From Octopus vulgaris (lineage: Eukaryota), in contig OX597825.1 in assembly GCA_951406725.2 (NCBI GenBank), positions 24,800,001 to 24,864,000 of the forward strand: 64,000 nucleotides of DNA, in the 5' to 3' direction. Of the stretch, positions 13,015 to 64,000 are shown in pieces. Under the pieces are notes generated by a model. It had not been told where the DNA came from and searched no databases. It was given only the letters and a program-made list of their open reading frames with translations. Made by a program: the position numbers and the translations under genes. Each line of letters opens with the position of its first letter. Within the stretch, counting starts at the first letter, position 1.

Positions 13015-13905
13015 AGTTAATTTTCACTGGTTGGTAAATAATATTTCCCAGGGATTTTTACAATTCAGTTATCATCATCACCATTATTATTGCTGACGTA
13101 TTCACACACACACACCTTTCAAAAGCACAAACTACTGAAGACCTCGTCAAATTAGATGTCCTATCTGTTCTTATTTCATGTCACCAAGTACTAGATCACC
13201 AGCCCCATCTACTATGTGTATGTGTATATATGAATGACTAATACTACGGTGGATGTGATAGGCTAACGTTGAGTCTATGACGTGGGTTTAATATCTGAGA
13301 GTTCTGATTTTCACTTATTCCTCTGAGGTGAAATTTATAGAACTGACCAAGCACAGACAAATGTCTTCGAATGCAAAAGTCAAACTAATGCATTTATTAT
13401 AATATTGCGAGTATAATATTTATTATAATATACAGTATAATATTGCGAGATACGTGGATATAGAATAATGTGTAGATAAAAAGTTAAGAAAGGAACAGAG
13501 CAAGATGGAGTCAAAACTGAAAGGGAAAGGGAGGCACAGAGCAGTAAGTAAAACAAGGGGAGAGCACTGTGTTTGTGCTTAAGACGTAGGTGAGAGTTAT
13601 GTCCCTTACACCAAAAGTTTAAAAGCGAATATGTACACACACACACACAGAGTATTCACTTACCATATCACGGTTGACCTATCGCTTTTTATTATTTAAG
13701 CTTACGTCGATATATGTATATATATATATATACATACATACATATACACACATACACATACATACATACATACATACATACATACATGTACTCTACCTGC
13801 CTTCGTCTTTTGTTTATTTTCGTAAACTTTCCCTTTATATATATATATATATGCACATATATATATATAATATACATATATATTATGCATATATAGACAC
13901 ATATA

Positions 13906-13943
<38 letters not shown>

Positions 13944-16082
13944 GCATATATATATAAATATATTAAATATGTATATGTGTGTGCGTGTGTATATATATAT
14001 ATATATACACACACATTGTCTATTTACCGGTGACTAAAACAGCTTCAAAGCCAGTTGTTTATAATTTGTGTTGCATAAATTGGCAGTTTGACCAATAATA
14101 TAATTACCTAACTCAGAAATAGGTAAAGAGGTCGATAGTAGTAGTAGTAGCAGCAGCAGCAGCAGCGGCGGTGGGGGTGGGGGTAGTAGTAGTAGTAGTA
14201 GTAGCAGCAGCAGCGGCAGCGGTGGTGGTGGTGGTGGTGGTGGTGGTGGTAGTAGTAGTAGTAGTTTCAAATTTTAGCACAAGGCCAGCAATCTTGTGTC
14301 AATCTTATGTCAATGCCAGTATATGGCTTCTACTTTCTTATATCAAACCCAGAGGGTTAAAAGGCAGAGCGGATGTTAGTAGGATTTGAACTCGGAATGA
14401 AAAGAGTCAGAAGAAATACTGCTTATTTTTTAATAACTGTGATTTCTGATTTCTGATTTCAGTACAATGGCAGCAAATTTGTGTGGGGTGGGTGTAAACC
14501 AATCCCACAAACCCCTGTACTTGATTGGTACTTTATTTTATTACCCCAAGAAGATAAAAAGCAGAGATGACCTCAGCTTGATTTGATCTCAGAATATAAA
14601 GAAGCAAATACTTCAAGGCATTTTGTCCAATGTTCTAACAGCTGTGTGGAGGGACGTGGCTTAGTGGTTAGTGTGTTAGGCTTTTGATCATAAGGTTGAG
14701 GTTTCAATTCCTGCACCAGACAACATGTCGTGTTCTTGAGCAGAACACTTCATTTCAAGTTGCTTCTGTCCATTCAGTGGACAAAAATGAGTAGCCATCT
14801 AATAAACTGGTGACTCATCCAGGTAGGGAATATGTACGCCACGGTAAATAAAAATAAATGATCCTTATGAGTCACTATGACTCGGGAAGGAACTTTATTT
14901 TTACTAACAACAATATAAGCTCATCCCTTTTGTTGTTTGTTTGTTCCTTCTCGAGCCATGCCTGGCTCATAAGGGCCGGTTTCCTGGTTTCTTAGCGTAT
15001 AGGTTCCCCACCTGGACGGGACACCGGTCCATCGCAGGTGAGCTGCAAGATGCAGGAGGAAAGGATGAGAGAAAGTTGTGGCAAAAGAGTCAGCAGAAGT
15101 TTCGCCATTACCTTCTGCCTGAGCCACGTGGAGGTTAGGTGTTTCGCTCATAAACACACACATTGTCCGGTCTGAGATTCGAACCCACAATCCCTTGACC
15201 ACAAGTCTGCTGCTCTAACCACTAGGCCATGTGCCTCCACAAGCTCCTCCCTTGTAAAATATAGTTTCTAATTGAGGAAAAAGACCAGCAAATATGAAGA
15301 GAGAAAGTTACACAATCCAATGGCTCCTAATACTCAACTGGTTCCTCATTGACCTCAGACTGATAAACGATAAAGTTTATCAAAACAGAAAGAGCCAGAA
15401 GAAATGCCACGCACACACACACACAAATGATGGTAATAATAATAATATTAATAATAATAATAAAAATAATAGTGATAACAATAATATTTTTTATTTGCCA
15501 CAAAGGCAATGGATGAAGGAAACATTTGAAGAACATTAACAAATGACAACAGAAATAATAATAATAATAATAATATAAGTACAAGGCCTGAAATTTTGTG
15601 GGAGGGGACTAGGCGATTACATCAACCCCAGTGCTTCACTGGTACTTAATTTATCAAACCCGAAAACGATTAAAGGTAAAGTTGACTTCAGCAGAATTTG
15701 AACTCAGAACATAACTGATGAAAATACAGCTAAGGATTTCGCCCAGCACGCTAACGATTCTGCCAGCTCACCACCTGAATAACACTAATAATTATTATTA
15801 TTTCAAATTTTTGCCACAAGAGCAGATTCGGAGAGGTGGGGATAAGCCAATTACATTGATCCCAGTGTTCAACTGGTACTTATTTTATTGACCTTGAAAG
15901 GATGGAAAGCAAAGTTGACCTCGGTGGAATTTGAACTCAAACATTTGAACATGAAAAGAAATGCCACACACACACACACACACACACACAAAAAAGAGAT
16001 AATGATACTGATAACAATAAAACTTTTTATTTGTCAATGGATGAAGGCAAACATTTGAAGGACATAACAAATGACAGGAGAA

Positions 16083-16088
16083 ATGATG

Positions 16089-16155
<67 letters not shown>

Positions 16156-16189
16156 TAATAATAATAATAATATTATAATAATAATAATA

Positions 16190-16220
<31 letters not shown>

Positions 16221-16309
16221 AATAATAATAATAATGATAATAATAATAATAATAATAATAATAATATAATAATAATAATAATAATAATATTATAATAATA
16301 ATAATAATA

Positions 16310-16340
<31 letters not shown>

Positions 16341-16413
16341 AATAATAATAATAATGATAATAATAATAATGATGATAATAATAATAATAATAATGATAAT
16401 AATAATAATAATG

Positions 16414-16453
<40 letters not shown>

Positions 16454-16491
16454 TAATAATAATAATGATGATAATAATAATAATAATAATG

Positions 16492-16522
<31 letters not shown>

Positions 16523-16545
16523 TGATAATAATAATAATAATAATG

Positions 16546-16578
<33 letters not shown>

Positions 16579-16593
16579 GTAATAATAATAATG

Positions 16594-16647
<54 letters not shown>

Positions 16648-16660
16648 GTAATAGTAATGA
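16083..16660 (+). repeat. Long compound (AAT)n/(GAT)n microsatellite
   Basis: About 580 bp of taa/tga triplets. Confidence 0.95.
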
Positions 16661-16984
16661 TAAAGGAGACAGTAAGAAGATTTCAATTCGAAGTTAATAA
16701 GTAAGCTAACTGCATTTAAAACTTTATTAACTTGATGGAATGGAATGTGATAATTTGAGTTAGGCCTAATTTACCATTTTTAATATTCCACACAAAAATT
16801 CCTTTTAGTGGCACCATAAAATCAACATCTTGCAATGAATGTTTGAATCAGTTGATCTACTGTAGTCAGACTACAACAGTTAGTTTCCAGCAGTAGACTT
16901 CTTTTTAAACCAGTTTGTTCAGTTCAGTATATACATTATACATTATATATTCATGTTATATATTTATATATATATGTTGATAGA

Positions 16985-17343
16985 AATGGTAAGACAACAA
17001 AAGAATGAAAGAGACTTTGATATTATGTAAATAGAGGAATTTATCTGTAAATATAATATGTGACAATTATTCGGTAGACATGATAAAACTCCGAGTTTTG
17101 GATGTCGGGGCAGAAACCCACGCCACCATCTCTTCAGTTATTCGGCTATTCGGAAAAAATTCTCTTCAGTAGGTCTGCTTCGAAGTTTTCCAAGCCTTTG
17201 ATTTTTGGAGGGAATTTCTTAGATTTAATACCATAGACTATATTCTTTGGATAACTGGAGATGGTGGTGTGGGTTTCCGCCCCGACATCCAAAACTCTGA
17301 GTTTTATCATGGCTGCTGAAAAATTGTCACATATTATATTTAC

Positions 17344-17345
<2 letters not shown>
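16985..17345. mobile_element. Penelope-like relic: inverted hammerhead-bearing repeats flanking a short ORF fragment
   Basis: Arms about 17045-17141 and 17251-17347; the spacer encodes YGIKSKKFPPKIKGLENFEADLL on the minus strand. Confidence 0.6.
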
Positions 17346-17389
<44 letters not shown>

Positions 17390-18969
17390 GTAGATATTTA
17401 AACATATTTAAAGTTATGTGTAGTATGTATAAATGTGCGCATTGATACACTTACATCAAAGAGGCACATTCATATAAATATCACATATACTCATTTGCAT
17501 AGACATGTTTCATTCGTGTGTGTGTGTGTGTGTACATTTATAAATACATATATATACATGAGTGTGCTTATGTGTATATATATAGTTGCAATTTTCATGA
17601 ACTACTTAAAAATAACAGATTTAACATTTTTCTTTTTAATGTTGCCTTGTTAGATGGCAGTTAACTTTTCAATGTAGCCTCCAAACCTAAAAAACTTACC
17701 TATCTCTAGTTTAACCAACAGCATTTATATTACTTGCCCCTTATGACATAGTTCCTAGAGAAATAGGCTGATACCATGGCTCACAAGCTTAGCTTATGAC
17801 ATGGCTCACAAAGAAGAAGTTGATACTAAAAATTCATAGCTGAGTTTACAACGTAACTCATGGCATTACTAATAGCTTACCTTAGGCATTGCTCGTAATT
17901 TAGTCCACTGCTTAGTCTTAGTGTTTGGTACACAACCATGCATTGACTTATAACATGATCCAAGGCATCAAATTAGCAAGTAACTAATACAGATTCATGT
18001 GGAAGAACTCAACAGGAAATTTTCTGGTGGACAAAGTGGCAGTTTGTCAACATTATCTGTTTCTTTATTACCCACAAGGGGCTAAGCATAGAGGGGACAA
18101 ACAAGGACAGACAAACGGATTAAGTCGATTACATCGCCTCCAGTGCATAACTGGTACTTAATTTATCGACCCCAAAAGGATGAAAGGCAAAGTCGACCTC
18201 GGCGGAATTTGAACTCAGAACATAACGGCAGACAAAATACAGCTACACATTTCACCCGGCGGGCTAACGAGTCTGCCAACTCGCTGCCTATATTGGTCAC
18301 ACTGATAGGAGATCTGGATTATCCAACCTTGAAAATCATCAGTTTTATACTGCCTGTCCTACTTAATGTAAGTAATGGACCCTATACACCCACTGAAGAA
18401 AATATAAAATAATTAGTGATAAAATGAAAGAAATATCAGATGTGTGTCTATGTATGCGAGTGAGAAAATGAGTCCTTGGAGTATATGAAGAACCAATCAT
18501 TACATTACAGGTTTTGTGACTTGGAATATCAGCAAGCCATTACAAAAGATTATCGATACTGCAGAGAGGTGATTCCTTGGAAGAATACTGAAGGTGTCCT
18601 GTGTAGAGAGAGTGGAAAATTTGGAGGTCTTTAGACAAGCAAAAGTACACCAGAAAGTTCTTCAATAAAATAAAAAAAGACACCATATTCATTGTTATTT
18701 TTATCTCATTCACCATAATGTCCACTTTTCCATACTTGAGTCAGACAGAGTTTATCTGTGGTAGATTTTCTATAGAGGGATGCCCTTCCTCTTGTGAACT
18801 GTCACCTGTTCCCAAGTGAGGCAATATTTCCGCATGGCCAGACATTGTTTTCACAAACTATTGCGAATATATGATGCTGCTTGTATGATAGTGACACTTT
18901 TTTTACAACCATCATATGATGCCGAGTCAAGGAGACAAACTCATGCACACACACACAAACATATATATA

Positions 18970-19349
18970 CACTTGCGTCAGAAATTAATTAGCACTTCTC
19001 AAATTTCTACATTAAATAGGTTAAATCAATTAACCTATGAGCTGTTCAAAACGTCTTACGCGATGAGAAAACTTAGTATGGTGTGATTTCGGTCCTTGCG
19101 AGGCGCTACCTATATCTATTAAACAAAGGAAGATTTGTCTGCATCCGCACTCCAAGTTGTTGTTGCACTGCTATGTCAACATCATAAGGCTGTAGACTCT
19201 CAAACTGCTCTGCAAACAAAGTTACGTCATCGTTCTGCGCAACAGTGAACTCGCAACAAAGCAATGGTTCGAGATATGGCCACTAGGTGACAGCACATAC
19301 CTTGAGTGAAGAGCAAATCAAGGGTACTAATTAATTTCTGATGGTAGTG
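18970..19349. mobile_element. Tc1/mariner-type MITE
   Basis: TA-flanked TIRs cact..tcagaaattaattag / ctaattaatttctga..agtg. Confidence 0.7.
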
Positions 19350-19822
19350 TATATATATAGAGAGAGAGAGTTAGGGTTCTCCATATAGAATACACTTCAT
19401 AGTGCTCAAGGGATTTAAAATTGAGCAGGTGGAAGTGTAAATGTAAGGGTAAGCAAGTTAGGCAAGTTGATATACAAAAGATATTAAATACATTTAATAC
19501 AAAAAATGTATATATGTTTACATATAAAAAGGTTTGACTTGCATAGAATAGAAATGATATCAGGAATTAAAGGGGTTGAATAAGAGTTTTACGAGTCCAA
19601 CAACTGTTTTTTAGGGGCTGGTGGTCCAAAATAATGATTGTAAACTGACTCCATCATAGGATAATACCAGCCTCCATCTTCAGGGAAGAATTTTACATTT
19701 GTGGTGCTGACAAAAAGATTAAAGATGGACTAACCTTTTTATATGTAAAAATATGTACATTTTTGAATTAATTCTATTTAATATTTTTTGTATATTGACT
19801 TGTCTAACTTGCTTATCCTTAC

Positions 19823-19853
<31 letters not shown>

Positions 19854-20300
19854 GAACTTCTTTCAGTTTCCATCTACCAGATCCACTCACAAGGCTTTGG
19901 TTAGACCAGGGCTAAAGTAGAAGATATTTTCCCAAGATGCCACACATTGGAACTGAACCTGAAATCATGTTGTTGAGAAGCTAACTTCTTACCACACAGC
20001 CACACTTGTACCCAGTCAACAGTCTCAATTTATTGGACACTATTTCATAGGAAAAAGCCTTGAGTATTTTGTGAAAACCAAAAAAAATCTAAAAGAAAGA
20101 AGAAACCAGGAGAGACAGAGAGAGAAATGCATATATAAACAGTAAAGCAAGTTGCCACATCAAAGTGACAGTTAAATATTACTTGTAGTTTAACCCCAGG
20201 CAGATTCTCCACCAGCTGGTTTTCGATGCAACATTCTGCATCCTTTATATACAATATATCGCTAGCGAACACTAATTAACCTCCATCAGCTAACAGGATC

Positions 20301-20345
20301 GTGGGACTGGCCCAGTTTTAAGCTAGTTGGCTCTTCATCAGCCAC
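20301..20345 (-). ncRNA. Hammerhead ribozyme relic with one core substitution
   Basis: GUGG-CUGAUGA-AGAGC(CAACUA)GCUU-AAAA-CUGG(G)CCAG-UC^CCAC. Confidence 0.55.
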
Positions 20346-20727
20346 ATGCACCTGTGCAATGGAGTGATAGCTAAGATATATATTGCCAGCAATATATTGT
20401 AAAGAAAGTAACCAGCTTGCTATATATATATATATAATAGACACTCCCATATATATATATATATATATATATGGGAGAGTCTATTATATATATATATATA
20501 TCTTTGTATATATAATGGACTCTCTCAAAAGCTTACTCAATCCATCAAATTGACTTTACCTGTACAGATGAACAAGTATGCTACACATCAGATGTTGAAA
20601 TAATTGCAAAGCAATGTGAAATGAAGTGTTTTGCTCAAGAACACAATGCACCACCCAGTCAGAGATACGAACCCACAATCTGGCAATCGTGAGTGCAACA
20701 CCCTAACCACCAGGCCACAGGCCTTCC

Positions 20728-20806
<79 letters not shown>

Positions 20807-22192
20807 TCATATTACATATATGCACACACCTTATATTTATCTTTGTTACTATTATATATATATATAAAAATATCATTATTATTATTATTATTATCAGGGG
20901 CAAATATAAATAATTGATAATAACAATAACATCAGTGGCAGCAAGCAATATTAGCATTAAACAGCTATACCATAAATTCTTAATTATTATTAATTCTTAA
21001 TTAGAGGGTACATGAAGCACCAGCTTGCTAAAGAGTGGAAGTAAAAAACTCCAACTTAACCACTAATCTTACAGAAAATATGTAACGGACCAAAATTCAA
21101 AATCATGATCCAGGTATATTTGTTACCTTACCTTATTCTACGGCTTTTTAACTGAGAAAATATGTTAAAAGGCCGAGGCTATCAGAGGTGGGGAAAATGT
21201 TATTTTCGACATGGTTTCACATCGTAGGGGAAGTTGCTCAGTATTTTAAAATTTATTTTTAAAAGTTGTTCCTCTTGGATTGTCAGCAAATTGGTTCGTT
21301 TCACAACCATATTAATTTGTGTTTAAAATGATAGAGTTTTTCTTTATGTTGTCTAGCGTGATTAAGATGTCCAATGTATTGGTAACTATTTGTCATTCAT
21401 TGATGATATACTCCGCCAAAAATGTTGAGATATATCAAAATGTAAAAGTGTGTGTTAGGTTTTGTATGCAAAGGACCAGTCGGGTGAATTGTAGCAAGTC
21501 ATCCCACTGAAAATGGTACTTTCCAGTTACAAAAGATAAACTTGTCTTGATGAATACATTTTAAAATACTGAGTTACTGTCCCTTAAGACAAAACAATCA
21601 TTTATTCTCAAATAATACTTTTCCTCTAATAATCTCCTCATGCCAGAGGTCATTCATAAAATAAACCTGAAGATTGCCAAGAAGAAAGAAGATGGCTGCA
21701 GCTTGAACTGAGCTGGGCCACACTTCTTCCTCCAAGCATAAAGCTTGAAGTAATTTGTCACAAATAAGATACTTTTTATATATATATATATATATAAATT
21801 AGAAAAAACACACCTTTTATCAATTCAATAATGAAAAATTAAATTATACCATTTAGAAAAATTACCAAATATATACGTTTTATTTATTATTTTGCACATT
21901 ACTTACTCATTGTTATATGTTTTATCTTATATTTAATCTTTCTATAATATGTAATTTTTCTAAATGGTATAATTTAATTTTTCATTACTGAATTGATAAA
22001 AGGTGTTTTTTTCTAATTTATACATATATATATATATATATATATTTATTTTAAGCAGCAGAAAATTCAACAAAATTTTGAGTTTCTCTGCTTCATCAAC
22101 AGTTTTTGCTAGCAAAAACTGTCTATGTGTTTTTGTTGAATTTTCTGAAAATTGAAGTTTTTTTCCACCTTGTTTCACATTTATGTTTTACT

Positions 22193-22228
<36 letters not shown>

Positions 22229-22276
22229 ATTTTGTGAAATTTGATTTAGTGTTTCCCTCATATTATTATTATTATC

Positions 22277-22327
<51 letters not shown>

Positions 22328-22397
22328 GGAGTAAACACATAAATGTGAAACAAGGTGGAAAAAAAGAGTACTCAAATACCAGTGGTAGAGTAATATG

Positions 22398-22552
22398 CTT
22401 TATTTAAAGCAGCAGAAAATTCTACAAAACCTGTTACTCTGAGTTCCACGTTGCCGTTCATCGGACAGTTTCTAGCAAAAACTGTCCAATGAACGGCAAC
22501 GCGAAACTCAGAGTAACAGGTTTTGTAGAATTTTCTGCTGCTTTAAATAAAG
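22398..22552. mobile_element. Fold-back element with two hammerhead-like arms (homologue of 171-344)
   Basis: ctgtCCGATGAacggcaacgtGGAACtcagaGTAacag (minus strand) and ctgtCCAATGAacggcaacgcGAAACtcagaGTAacag (plus strand). Confidence 0.65.
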
Positions 22553-22586
<34 letters not shown>

Positions 22587-22714
22587 AAAGAATTAAGATT
22601 CAAGTAACTTCCAATGAATTTACTTGATATGGTATATATACATATATATATATATATTATCCATACAGTAATGTGTATATATATAAACGAGATATATATA
22701 TATACTTCTTTCTC

Positions 22715-22760
<46 letters not shown>

Positions 22761-23489
22761 GCTTCTCATAGACAACAGATGAGAATTCTGCAATTTCTTG
22801 CCAACAACCTGCATAGATAATTTGTTTGTAGTAATCAAATATTTGTGTGTGTTGTACGTTAGCTCACTCCCTCCAGCCGTCAAATGGACATTGCTTGTAT
22901 ACCGGTGCACAAATGTGCTACATGTTTAGATGTCAAAGCGATTACAGAGCAACATGAAGGAATGAAGTGTCTTGCTCAAGAACACAATGCATTGCCTCAA
23001 TGCAGGAAATGAAACCACAACCTTGTGACTGCAAAGTGCAAAAACCTAACCATTAGGCCATGCACATATTCATCTTTATTAATTATTTTGTTTTATATAT
23101 ATATATGCATGTATATATGTATAAACATGGAATTTATGGACGTGGATTTTTAGGGGTCAGTGAAGTTAAAAAAATAAGACATTTGTTCAGTTTCAGCAAC
23201 ATTTTTTTTATCTTTTTTTTCCATTTTCGTTTAATATTTCATTTTATTATTCCTTTTTTTGTATTTTTTTTTCTTCTGATTTTCTTGGTATTTTTTAATT
23301 CTGTGGATTAAAATAAAAAGTATCTCTTTGTTTTGTTTTGTTTTTGTTTTGTTGGGTTTTTTTTTTTTTGTTCATTTACTCATTTTTGGAATATAGGAAG
23401 TATTGATTTTTTTTTTGTCTGTTTTTACTTAGAATATAAAAAAAAAAATAACATAACAAAAAAAAAAAATGAAACAGATTAAAAATATC

Positions 23490-62909
<39,420 letters not shown>

Positions 62910-64000
62910 CTGTAAAAAGAGAGAGAATGGAGAGAGAAATGAAATACTGATTTATATATTTTACGTCCTCTTGCCTATGTTTGCATGGGTCAGAGGCATG
63001 ATTAAGTCGATTATATTGACCCCTGCGCATAACTGGTACTTATTTAATCGACTCCGAAAGGATGAAAGGCAAAGTCGACCTCGGCGGAATTTGAACTTGG
63101 AACGTAGTGGTAGACGAAATACCACTAAACATTTCGCCCGGCGTGCTAACGATTATTATTTCTTTACTGCCCACAAGGGGCTACACACAGAGGAGAAAAA
63201 CAAGGACAGACAGACGGATTAAGTCGATTATATCGACCCCTGTTCGTAACTGGTACTTAATTTATCGACCCCGAAAGGATGAAAGGCAAAGTCGACCTTG
63301 GCAGAATTTGAACTCAGAACATAGTAGCAGATGAAATACCGCTAAGCATTTCGCCTGGCATGCTAACGTTTCTGCCAGCTCGCCACTTTGTCTTGGCATC
63401 ATATAGTAGTTCTAAAATGATTGCCACCATCATATGAGCAGCATCATTCGTTTGCACATTTGTCTGGCCATGAGAAAATATTACTTTATTTGGAAACAGG
63501 TGAGGATTGGCAACAGGAAGCCTTCAAGGTGGTGCCCCTGCATAGTCACAGTCTATTGACTAAATCAAAAGGTAAGGATACACACACACACACACACTTG
63601 TTATGTCGTGATCAGGTGAGTGCAGTAGTTTATTAAGGCTGTTCCAGTGTTATCCAATGAATTCATCTACAACAATTTATCTAGAACCACACACACACGC
63701 ATACACACACATACAACAACATGCACACACACACACACACACACAACAATCTCACACACACACAACCATATACAAGCATGCACACAACCACACACACACA
63801 CACATACAACCACACACATACACACATATACAGCCACACACAAACACACACACATATAACAATCACACACACAGACACAACCACACACGCATGCAACCAC
63901 CCACACACAAACAACCACATCCACACCCACACAACCACACACACATTAAACACACACACATACAACAATCTCACACACACATATACAACCAGAAACAAAC

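Noticed and set aside
13135-13340. CTGAAGAcctc...gaggtGAAA possible hammerhead
   Set aside because: No convincing stem I or stem III, and a very long insert
23070-23250. AATAAA signals on the minus strand after the PI3K stop
   Set aside because: Too common in AT-rich sequence to assign a poly(A) site

Overview
AT-rich, repeat-dense eukaryotic genomic DNA. The SINE/LINE repertoire and microsatellite load suggest a coleoid cephalopod, most likely Octopus (inference). One host gene is present: a class I phosphoinositide 3-kinase catalytic subunit (p110, PIK3CA/B/D-like) on the minus strand. I reconstructed 17 coding exons by hand between 62909 and 23490, all with GT-AG boundaries and compatible phases except across one break. 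The first coding exon lies beyond the window end. The late-C2 and most helical-domain exons are absent and probably sit in the 100-N assembly gap (48512-48611). The rest is transposon-derived: a degraded RTE/BovB-like LINE, many RTE 3' ends with (GAT)n tails, CR1 and R4/Dong fragments, Penelope-like relics, three SINE families, non-autonomous Helitrons, and piggyBac, hAT and Tc1-type MITEs. The most notable unannotated signal is about a dozen minimal hammerhead-ribozyme motifs at 8-9 loci. One has a fully canonical core. Most lie in fold-back (inverted) Penelope-type elements embedded in (TA)n tracts. Most ORFs in the supplied track are microsatellite or SINE artefacts.
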